Part shown: piece by piece, positions 17,889-26,988 of the stretch
Layout: each line of letters opens with the position of its first letter
Position numbering within the stretch: position 1 is the first letter of the stretch
From: an uncultured Thermoleophilia bacterium
GTDB taxonomy: Bacteria; Actinomycetota; Thermoleophilia; UBA2241
Direction: 5' to 3'
NCBI GenBank assembly: GCA_963702475.1
Contig: CAVPCT010000009.1
Location: 96,001 to 160,000 of the forward strand
Length of the DNA: 64,000 nt
Notes under the pieces: model-generated
Told to the model about the DNA's origin: nothing
Seen by the model: the letters and a program-made list of their open reading frames with translations, nothing else
Database searches by the model: none
Translations under genes and position numbers: made by a program

Positions 17889-20518
17889 CAGTCGTTACCT
17901 CCGTCGACCACCCAGCCGTTGAAGCGCAGACCGGCGCCGGGGTCGTACTCGCGGGCGAAGGCCTCGGGGTGCTCGGTGCGCCACTGCTCCCACTCCTCGG
18001 GCCTGATCTTCTGCACGTCCACGAGGTAGCCGCTGGTGGCCTGGCCGCAGGCGTTCTTGGACGTCAGGCCGTGCGGCGCGATGGTGTTGATTGCGCCGCC
18101 GCGGTCGACCTTGCCGGGGATGATGGGGTCGTGCCGGGCGCCGTGGTCGATGTACGTCACGCCCGGCATCATGCGCTCCCACACGCAGGCGCCGGCGAGC
18201 ACGATGCCGCGCTCGTTGAAGATCTTGACGATCTCGCCGTGCCTGATACCGCGCTCCTCGGCGTCCTTTGGGTTCAGCCACACGGGCTCGTAGTTGTAGT
18301 TGTCGGGACCCAGCACCTTGCCGGTCGGGGTCTCGCGCGCCCACGTACAGTCGTCGCCCTGGGCGTGCGTGCGCCAGCGCGGGTGGTTGCTCATGAGGAT
18401 GAGCGGGAACATGTCGGCGCGCTCGCTGGAGAGCCGCTCGTCGTGCGTGATGCCCTTCTCGATCCACTTGGGGATCCCGGGGCGCTCCTTGTCGTCGGGG
18501 AAGTGCGTGGCAAGGCGATCCGAGTAGAACTCCAGCAGGCCCGACGGGGTCTTGAGCGGGTTGTTCTCAGGGTCCTCGTAGAACCTGCGCAGGCCGGGCG
18601 GGTCCTGCTCCCAGTCCTTCGCAGTGGGGTAGACGATGTACTGCTTCTCCTTGAACTCCTCCCAGGTCATGTACTCGGGACCGTACATGCACTCGAAGAC
18701 CTCACGCTGCAGGTCCTCGTTGCTCTTGCCAAGGGTGAGCTTCTCCTTGTAGCCGAGCTTCTCGGCCACCGCGAGCACGATCTCATAGTCGCTCATGGAC
18801 TCGCCCACCGGCTCGATGGCCTTCTCCGTCAGCATGCAGGTCTGGTACGGGGGACCCTGGCGGACGTTGGTGAGGCAGTCGTCGACTTCCATGGTGGTGT
18901 TGGCCGGCAGGATGATGTCGGCGTAGAGGCAGTCGTTCTCGAGCCACGGGTGCTGCGCGACCATGAACTCGATGCTCGGGTCGCGGTGCGCCTCGATGGT
19001 CCAGTTGCCGTGGTTCCAGCAGGTGATGCGGCACGGCGTGTCGGTCCAGATCATGTGCAGGCGGCTGCCGCCCTCCTCTTCTGGCTCCGGGAACCGGTAG
19101 TCGATGAACTGGTCCTCGGTCTCGGCGTTCTGCGCGCCGGTGCCGGCGAAGTGGATGGTCTCCGGGTTGAGGATGGCCTCCTGGATGAGCGTCTTGGGGA
19201 CGTTCTGCGTGCCCCAGGCGTCCACGCTGCTGCGGACCGGCGTGCGCAGGTGCTCGCTGAGGGTGGGGTTGAAGTAGCGGAAGTTGTCGAGCGCCTCCGC
19301 GCGCGGCATGCCGAAGTAGGAGAACTGCCACTGGTGCACGCCGGGGCCGCCGAGGCCCTGCATGCCGAGCAGGATGCACTCCAGGCGGCCGGGTTCGTGG
19401 GAGTACGGGCCGCGGACCATGGAGCCGCCGAAGTAGTGCAGGATCGAGGTGCACTGCTTGGCGAACTCGCGGGCCAGCGCCTTGATGGTCCACTCGGGGA
19501 CGGCGGTCTTCTTCGCGGCCCACTCGGGCGTCTTGGGCACGCCGTCTTCTTCACCGAGCACGTAGGCCGCGACCTTCTCCATGCCGACGGCGTGGCTCGC
19601 GACGTACTCCTTGTCCCAGGTGTCTTCCTTGAGCCACACGTAGATGATGGCCAGCTGCAGGGCGGCGTCGGTGTTGGGCAGGATCGGGATCCACTTGTCG
19701 GCGTGCACCGCGGCGCCGAAGTTGAGCTCGGGGCAGATGTAGACCTGCTTGATGCCGACCTTGGTGAAGAAGTAGGAGATGTTGGTGGCGTTCTGGCCGG
19801 TGAAGCCCCAGGGCGTGGTCTCGTCGTCACAGCCCCACTTGAGGACGAGGTCGCAGTTCTCCACCACGTCCTTGAGGACGTTCAGCTGGGGCGCCATCAT
19901 GCCCTGGAAGCCGTGGCCCCAGACGTGCTTGGAACCCCAGTACCAGCCCTCCCAGCTGTCGGGCTGGCGGACCTGCAGGGTGAAGCCGCCCATCTCGTTC
20001 ATCAGGCGGCCGTTGTGGCCGTGCGGCGTGTGGATGGTCTTGCTCTCGCCGTGGCCGTCGGCCTGGAGGAGGATCGCGTTGAGCCCGTAGGTCTTCTGGA
20101 TGCGCCGGATCTCCGCGGCGATGATGTCGGTGGCCTCGTCCCACGAGATGCGCGCGTACTTGCTCACGCCGCGGTTCTGCGGGTTGCGCTCGCCGTTCGG
20201 GTCCCAGTCCACGCGCTTCAGCGGGTACTTGATGCGGTTGGGGGAGTAGGTGCGCTTCTTGTACGCCGTCATGTAGGGGGCCGGACGGGACCTGGATCCC
20301 GGCTCCAGCGTGTGGCCGTTGCGTTCGAGCTTCCACGGGCGGAAGGTCTCGGCGTCGTACTTCCAGTCGTACTGGAACGGCCGGATACGCACGATCTTGC
20401 CGTCCTTGACGTCGACCATGACCTCGCCGGTGCCGCCGAGGAGGCCGCCCTGCGACAAGGCCCGGAGGACGGTCTTGTCGGGGGTCACATCCACGTTCTT
20501 GCGCGAGTCCTCACTCAT
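17888..20518 (-). CDS. Transhydroxylase-family Mo-bisPGD large subunit, 'DGHG' subtype
   Basis: RIKYPLKRVDWDP, QADGHGESK, QPDSWEGWYWG, RGPYSHEP, ADIILP, SNHPRWRTH. Confidence 0.88.
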   Translation of the reverse strand: MSEDSRKNVDVTPDKTVLRALSQGGLLGGTGEVMVDVKDGKIVRIRPFQYDWKYDAETFRPWKLERNGHTLEPGSRSRPAPYMTAYKKRTYSPNRIKYPLKRVDWDPNGERNPQNRGVSKYARISWDEATDIIAAEIRRIQKTYGLNAILLQADGHGESKTIHTPHGHNGRLMNEMGGFTLQVRQPDSWEGWYWGSKHVWGHGFQGMMAPQLNVLKDVVENCDLVLKWGCDDETTPWGFTGQNATNISYFFTKVGIKQVYICPELNFGAAVHADKWIPILPNTDAALQLAIIYVWLKEDTWDKEYVASHAVGMEKVAAYVLGEEDGVPKTPEWAAKKTAVPEWTIKALAREFAKQCTSILHYFGGSMVRGPYSHEPGRLECILLGMQGLGGPGVHQWQFSYFGMPRAEALDNFRYFNPTLSEHLRTPVRSSVDAWGTQNVPKTLIQEAILNPETIHFAGTGAQNAETEDQFIDYRFPEPEEEGGSRLHMIWTDTPCRITCWNHGNWTIEAHRDPSIEFMVAQHPWLENDCLYADIILPANTTMEVDDCLTNVRQGPPYQTCMLTEKAIEPVGESMSDYEIVLAVAEKLGYKEKLTLGKSNEDLQREVFECMYGPEYMTWEEFKEKQYIVYPTAKDWEQDPPGLRRFYEDPENNPLKTPSGLLEFYSDRLATHFPDDKERPGIPKWIEKGITHDERLSSERADMFPLILMSNHPRWRTHAQGDDCTWARETPTGKVLGPDNYNYEPVWLNPKDAEERGIRHGEIVKIFNERGIVLAGACVWERMMPGVTYIDHGARHDPIIPGKVDRGGAINTIAPHGLTSKNACGQATSGYLVDVQKIRPEEWEQWRTEHPEAFAREYDPGAGLRFNGWVVDGGND

Positions 20519-20564
20519 CTCAATCGCTGTCCTTTCGCCAGTGTCGATGCCCCCCTGAACGGGC

Positions 20565-21423
20565 TCAGACGGTTGACTCGGATGCAGGCCGGGACTGGTT
20601 CCAGCCGAGGTAGGCGGAGAGGGCGGCGGCCGTCTCCCGCACCGCCGCGGTGCAGAGCTCGCGCTCCTCGGGGCCGAAGCGACCCGAGGGCACGGCGACG
20701 GAGAGGGCCGCGACGACGGTGCCGAGCTGGTCGCGGACGGGGCAGCCGACGGAGCACACACTTTCGAAGAGGCCTTCGATGTCGTAGGCGACGTCGTCCC
20801 GCACGATGTCGTCGAGCTGCCTGCGCCAGAGCCTCGGGATCTGTGACGGTGTACGGCGTGTGTTTGCGCCGCGGCCGCGCGAGGATCTCGGCGCGCCTGT
20901 CGGGCGGCGCGAAGGCGGTGAAGATCTTGCCGTGCACGGCGGCCAGGTCGCCGATGATGCGGCCGGGCGCGATCTGCCGCTGGAACGGGCGCGCGGAGTC
21001 GATGATGCCCGCGCACACGGGCACGCCGTCGACCGGGATCGCGAGGGTGACCGACTCGCCGGTGGTCTCGACGAGCTCCTCGAGGAACGGCCGCGCGAGA
21101 TCGACGAAGTCGGAGTTGTCCTCGGCGACGTAGCTCAGGGCGATGGCGGCAGGCCCGAGGTGGTAGGTGTTCGTGGTGGCGTCGCGCACGAGGAAGTCGG
21201 CGCCTTCGAGCGTGCGCACCATGCGATAGGCGGTCATGCGCAGCAGGCCGGTGCGCGCCGCGATGTCGTCGATGGACCACTCGCGGTGCTCGGCGTCGAA
21301 CAGCGAGAGGATGGAGAGGCCGCGCGCGAGCGCGCGCACGGTGAGCGGGTCGTGCTCCGGCGTACGTTGGCTCCGCCGCCCGGACGCTCCTGGTCCCGCA
21401 ACCTGCGTCGTCGCGCCCGTCAT
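20565..21423 (-). CDS. IclR family regulator, frameshift near 20810-20825
   Basis: VRALARGLSILSLF..RMTAYRMVRTL; C-terminus CSVGCPVRDQ..PSGRFGPE in 20565..20804; paralog of 653..1501. Confidence 0.88.
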
Positions 21424-21612
21424 GCCGTCCCCCGTCCCGACTCTTGCGCGTGAAAACGATACGGGAGTACCATTGTGGGCAAGGGCGCTCCGATATCGCC
21501 GTTGCTATCAGACGATATCAGCGTTTCCACGCATTGCAAGATGTCTGACGCGAATGTGGCCCGCCCGGCACGTGCGGGCGGCTGCGGTGAAGCCGGTTGG
21601 GGAGGTGCGTGC

Positions 21613-24147
21613 ATGACTGAGCAGGTGTTCACCAATCTGACGAACAACGGTCCCGTCACGGTGTACGTCAAGGACGGCGTGGTGACGCGGGTGCGCCCGC
21701 TGGTCGCCGACGAGTCCGAGTTCAGGCCCTGGGTGATCGAGGCGGACGGCAAGGAGTACTCGCCGCCCAGGAAGTTCAACGTGGCGCCGATGGTGCTCGC
21801 CGAGCGCCGGCGCCTCTACTCCGACGACCGCATCAAGTACCCGATGAAGCGCGTCGACTTCGATCCCGACGGCGAGCGCAACCCGCAGAACCGCGGCAGG
21901 TCGGCCTACGAGCGCATCTCCTGGGACGAGGCGCTCGACCTCGTCTCCGGCGAGATCGCGCGCGTGAAGAAGAAGTACGGCAGCTCCGCGATCAGCGGCA
22001 TGACGTCGTCTCACCACAACTGGGGCATCGTCGGCTACAAGATGGGCCCCTTCATGCGCTTCATGAACTGCCTCGAGGCCACCCCCGTGTTCGACAACCC
22101 GGACAGCTGGGAGGGGTGGCACTGGGGCGCCACGCACACCTACGGGTTCTACTGGCGCCTGGGCATGCCCGAGCCGTTCGACAACCTCCAGGACGTGATG
22201 AAGAACTCCGAGATGATCGTCTTCTGGTCGAACGACCCGGACACCACGCGCGGGACGTACTCGGGGCAGGAGTCGGCCATCTGGCGCACGTGGCTCCACG
22301 AGAAGGGCGTCCAGGCCGTCTTCATCGACCCCTTCCACAACTACACCAACGCCATCTTCTCCGACGCCAAGTGGATCGCGCCGCGCATGGGCACCGACAC
22401 CGCGCTGGCCATGGCGATCGCCTACGTGTGGATCACCGAGGACACCTACGACAAGGAGTACGTCGCCGAGCGCACCATCGGCTTCGACGAGTTCAGGCCC
22501 TACGTGCTCGGCGAGACCGACGGCGTGCCCAAGACGCCCGAGTGGGCGGCGGAGGAGTCGGGCGTCGACGCGCGCGTCATCCGGACGCTCGCGCGCGAGT
22601 GGGCCGAGCAAGCGCACCGCGCTCGCGGCCGGCGCGCGCGGCGGCGAGGGGAGCGCCTGCCGCACCGCCTACGGCACAGAGTGGGCCCGCATGATGGTGC
22701 TCCTCCAGGCCATGCAGGGTCTGGGCAAGCCCGGCATCACCATCGGGGGCGTCTCCATGGGCGCGCCGGCCGAGTTCGACACCTGGTTCCCCGCCTACGC
22801 CGAACCGCGCGGCCGCATGTCGCACTCGACGGTGGCCGCCAAGTACATCCCGCAGAACTCCACGAAGCAGCGGCTCTACAGGCTCACCGTGCCCGACGCC
22901 ATCCTCGACGGGCACGTCGAGTGGTGGGGCGCCGGCTTCTGCGGCCAGTCGCTCGAGCAGCAGTTCGAGCACTTCGTGTACCCCGCCGAGGGCTGCTCCG
23001 AGATCAAGCTCTGGTACCGCTACGGCGGCTCGTTCATGGGCACCATGAGCGACACCAACAAGTGGGTGCGCATGTACCAGAGCCCCAAGCTCGAGTTCGT
23101 CGTGAACCAGGACATCTGGTTCAACAGTGAGACGACGATGGCCGACGTGATCCTGCCGGCCTGCACCAACTTCGAGCGCGACGACCTCGGCGAGTTCGCC
23201 GCCTGCGGCGGCTACACGACGAACTCGCACTCCGGCAACAACTACCGTGTCATCGTCCGCGAGCAGAAGTGCATCGAGCCCCTCTGGGAGTCGCGCTCGG
23301 ACTACCAGATCCTCGCGGCGACTCGCCGAGCGCCTCGGCATGTACGACGAGTTCACCGACGGCGGCAAGACCGAGATCGACTGGGCCAAGGCGTTCTACG
23401 ACGCCTCCGACCTGGCCAGGACGCTGGACTGGGAGACCTTCAACGAGAAGGGCTACCACATCATCAGCGCCCCCGAGCGGTACGAGCCCAAGCCGTGTCT
23501 GCGCTGGTTCGCCGAGGGCCGCGCCTGCGACACGCCCGACACCGGCAACCCCAAGCGCAACATCCCGGAGAAGGCGCACGAGCTCGGCACCTACAGCGGC
23601 AAGATCGAGTTCTCCTCCGAGAGTCTCAAGGCGCACTTCCCCGACGACCAGGAGCGCCCGGTCTCGCCGAGGTACATCGAGAGCTGGGAGGGACACCACA
23701 CCACCGAGCTCTTCGAGAAGTACCCGCTGCAGCTCATGTCGCCGCACCCGCGCTTCTCGTTCCACTGCCACTACGACAAGCACACCGACTGGCTCGACGA
23801 CATCCCCGTCCACCGCATCAAGAAGGACGGGTACGCGTGGTGGCCGGCAAGGCTTCACCCCGCGGACGCCGACGCGAGGGGCATCCGCAACGGCGACCTC
23901 GTGCGGCTGTACAACGACCGCGGGTCGGTGCTCTGCGCCGCGGTGGTCACCGAGCGGGTCCGGCCCGGGCATCATCCACAGCTACGCCTCGTCGGCCAAG
24001 TACGACCCGCTCGAGCCGGGCAAGTCCGACTCCATCGACAAGGGCGGCTGCGTGAACGTGCTCACGCCGTCGCGCATGCTGAGCAAGCACGCGCCCGGCA
24101 TGACGCCCAACTCGTGCCTCATCGACGTCGAGAAGTGGGAGGGCTGA
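21613..24147 (+). CDS. Transhydroxylase-family Mo-bisPGD large subunit, 'SSHH/GGEG' subtype; frameshifts near 22610, 23320, 23965
   Basis: TSSHHNWG, NPDSWEGWHWG, LPACTNFER, SPHPRFSFH, GCVNVLTPSR spread over consecutive frames; ATG after GGAGG. Confidence 0.88.
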
Positions 24148-24151
24148 TCCG

Positions 24152-24986
24152 ATGACCCGTCTCGGTCTGCTCATCGATGTCACCAGGTGCAGCGGCTGCT
24201 ACAACTGCTTCCTCGCCTGCCGTGACGAGCACTACGGCAACGACTACCCGGGCTACTCCGCGCCGCAGCCCCTGTACGACCACTTCTGGCTGAAGATCAA
24301 CGAGGTCGAGGGCGGCCGCTACCCGCGCCCCCGGCTCAACTACATCGCCGTCCCGTGCCAGCAGTGCCAGGACGCGCCGTGCATGGCTGCCGCCAAGGAC
24401 GGCGCCGTGTACCGTCGCGCCGACGGCATCGTGATGATCGACCCCGTGAAGGCCAAGGGGCAGGACCAGATCGTCGCCTCCTGCCCGTACCGCGTCATCT
24501 CCTGGAACGAGGAGCTGGAGCTGCCGCAGAAGTGCGGCTTCTGCGCGCACCGTCTGGACGAGGGCGAGAAGGTGCCCCGCTGCGTCGAGGCCTGCCCGAC
24601 CGGCGCCATGGCCTTCGGCGACCTCGACGACCCGCAGTCGGAGATCTCGCTGCGGCTCAAGGAGGTCTCGCCGAGGTGTTCCACCCCGAGTACGAGACCG
24701 GAGCCGAACGTGCTGCTACGCCGGCCTGCCGGGGCGCATGGTGGCCGGCGAGGTCGTGCTCGAAGGCGCCGACGCGTGCGCCGCCGGCGTCAAGGTCACC
24801 CTCAAGGGTGACGGTGAGACGTGCGAGACGCGATCGGGCGTGTTCGGCGACTTCGCCTTCGAGAAGCTGCCGAGGGGCAGGACATACCGCGTCACCGTGG
24901 CGCACGAGGGCTACGCCACGCTGTCGTGCGAGGTGCGGACCCACACCGACGTCGACCTCGGCCAGGTGGTGCTGGCGAAGGCGTGA
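24152..24986 (+). CDS. BthL-like FeS small subunit (12 cluster Cys), frameshifted near 24670-24720
   Basis: CSGCYNCFLACRDEH, CQQC..PCMAAA, KAKGQDQIVASCP, CGFC..CVEACP; FGDFAFE..Y.V tail in 24738..24986. Confidence 0.85.
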
Positions 24987-25030
24987 GGTGCGTCGCGCGC
25001 GGGCGCGCGACGAGAGAGAGGAACTAGCCG

Positions 25031-25062
25031 GCGGCCGGCTGTCCGAAGGGGCGGCCGGCCGC
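25031..25062 (+). terminator. GC-rich hairpin after the small-subunit gene
   Basis: GCGGCCGGCTGTCC-gaag-GGGCGGCCGGCCGC, 14-bp stem with two G-U pairs. Confidence 0.5.
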
Positions 25063-25226
25063 TGCCTTCGCGGCCGATGACCCCCGATCTCACGACGGAG
25101 CTGCGTGCAACTCCGCGCCCAGGGCGCGCGCCGAAGCGCCGATGTGCTTGAGCGTGGGGTTGCCGTGCCGGCTCTCGATGCGTCAGCGTGTGCTCGTCGG
25201 GAGGACCGCGTCGTATGATGAATACC

Positions 25227-25547
25227 ATGAACGCGGAGCGTCAGCTGGTTGAGGAGGTCGTCGAACGCCTGCGCGCCGTCGCGGCGCCGGCGCGCGGGAT
25301 CCTGTTCGGCTCGATGGCCATGGGCAGCGCGACCAAGGACAGCGACCGCGATCTCCTCATCCTCTTTGATGCCGTCGCCGACCCGCGTCGTGAGAGCGTC
25401 CGCTTGCGCGAGGCACTGGGCGACATCGACATGCCGGTGGACGTGATCGTCATGACGACGTCGCGTTTCGACGAGACGAAGGACGTCATCGGCGGCATCG
25501 CGTACCCCGCCAACAAGTACGGGAAGGTCATCTATGAGGCCGCCTGA
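25227..25547 (+). CDS. Minimal nucleotidyltransferase (MNT antitoxin)
   Basis: ILFGSMAMG..DSDRDLL, PVDVIV; overlaps a HEPN gene; start could be 25215 or 25218. Confidence 0.85.
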   Translation: MNAERQLVEEVVERLRAVAAPARGILFGSMAMGSATKDSDRDLLILFDAVADPRRESVRLREALGDIDMPVDVIVMTTSRFDETKDVIGGIAYPANKYGKVIYEAA

Positions 25548-25950
25548 GGACGTGGCTCGAGAGCTGGCCCGCGAGTGGCTGGTGAAAGCGGACGTCGACC
25601 TGAGTGCAGCGCGCGCACTCTCGGCACCGGCGCGCACGCCGACGCCGCGGCCTTCCACGCGCAACAGGCCGCCGTGAAGGCGCTCAAGGCGTTTCTCGTC
25701 TGGCACCAAGTGGAGTTCCCCGAAGACGCACGACATCAAGCGACTGCTCGTCCTGTGCCGCCTGGTCGATGTGGACCTTGCTCGGGCACTGGCCGACGCC
25801 GTCGTACTCACGCCTTTCGGTGTGGAGTATCGCTATCCGGGCGACTACCCGCCGGTGTCCGCGGCGGTGGCCGAGGCAGGCGTGGCCAAAGCCGACAGCG
25901 TTGTGGCGCACATCGCGGAACGGCTGGCGGTGGACCTCAGCTCAGGCTGA
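25534..25950 (+). CDS. HEPN domain protein, two compensating frameshifts near 25620 and 25720
   Basis: Joined frames: AREWLVKADVDL..FHAQQAAVKALKAFL..KTHDI..YRYPGD. Confidence 0.8.
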
Positions 25951-26139
25951 CAGGTCTGCGTGGCCTTGCTCGGGGCACGCTGGGCGAACTGACCCAGAAG
26001 CCGCGACGTGTGCTCTGCCGTGACCGCCGGCGCGATGCACCCCCGGTCGCAGGTGCGCCCAGCCCAGGAGCGCACCTGTGGTCGCTCTCATCAGGAGGTC
26101 ACCAGCGCGGCGGACGGCGGAGCTGGTCCCAAGCGTCGC

Positions 26140-26870
26140 TCAGGCCGGCGCGGCGATGCCCGAGGCCTCGAGCGCGCGCGCGACGAGCCGGCGCACGCGC
26201 TCGACGTGGGCCGCCGCCGCGGCTGCGGCGAGCTCCGCGTCGCGGCCGCGGATGGCGGCCACGATCTGCTCGTGCGTGGCGAACACCTCGTCCTCGGTGC
26301 TGTCCAGCAGCTCCTGGTCCACCGGCAGGAAGAGGTCGGCGCGCACCATGTTCATGGCGAGCGCGAGGCGCGGGCTGTGCGCCGCCTTCGCGATGCTGCG
26401 GTGGATGCCGGCGTCGGCCTGGAACAGGCTCGAGCCCGCCGGCGGTTGTCCCGCTCCTCCTCGAGGGCGCGGTCGATGGCCTCGAGGTCGGCCGCCGTGC
26501 GCCGCTCCGCGGCCAGGGCGGCCAGCCTGCTCTCCACGGTCGTGCGCAGCTCGAAGATGTCGTCGAGCTCGTCGCTGTGCTCGGTCATCCACTGGTGCCA
26601 GCAGCGCTGGAGCGTCTGGATGTCGCTGACGCGCGAGCCGCCGTGGGCCCCGCGTGTGGTGACGAGGTAGCCGGTGCTCTCGAGCGACTTGAGCGCGAGG
26701 CGCAGCGTGACGCGCGAGATGCCGAGTCTGGCGGCGAGCTCCGTGGCGGGTGGCAGCCGGTCGCCGGGGCCCAGCTCGCCCCAGAAGATGAGGGCGCGCA
26801 CGTAGCGCTCGGCGCTCTCGCTCGCCGTGCCCGGCGCCAGGGACATGTCGTCGAAGCCGTGGTCGTCCAC
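26140..26870 (-). CDS. GntR/FadR family regulator, frameshift near 26435
   Basis: GELGPGDRLP..ELAARLGISRVTLR..L..RGAHGGS; FCD domain ELRTTVE..AAER, DAGIH..IA, HEQIVAAI..D..H. Confidence 0.88.
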
Positions 26871-26908
26871 CGTCTCGCCCTCCTCGGAACGCCCCGATGA
26901 TAGCAGAC

Positions 26909-26955
26909 TTGACAGGGAAAAAGCTAAATGACTACCATCTATGCAATTGGTGGTC
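26909..26955 (+). promoter_or_regulatory. Putative promoter TTGACA-N18-TACCAT overlapped by imperfect palindrome GACTACCA..TGGTGGTC
   Basis: Perfect -35 hexamer at 26909; TGGT/ACCA-type repeat resembling FadR-subfamily operators, next to the divergent FadR gene. Confidence 0.5.
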
Positions 26956-26988
26956 GACGACCGGCGCAGGTCGGGACGGGAGGGGCGC

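Noticed and set aside
10127-21133. Very long antisense ORFs (e.g. 849 aa at 10127, 1054 aa at 17969; likewise 37271 and 57996)
   Set aside because: Typical shadow ORFs of high-GC coding strands, with no motifs.
17888-21280. Apparent 1130-aa ORF extending the Mo subunit into the IclR region
   Set aside because: The extension is off-frame IclR sequence; the likely start is the ATG at 20518 (MSEDSRK).
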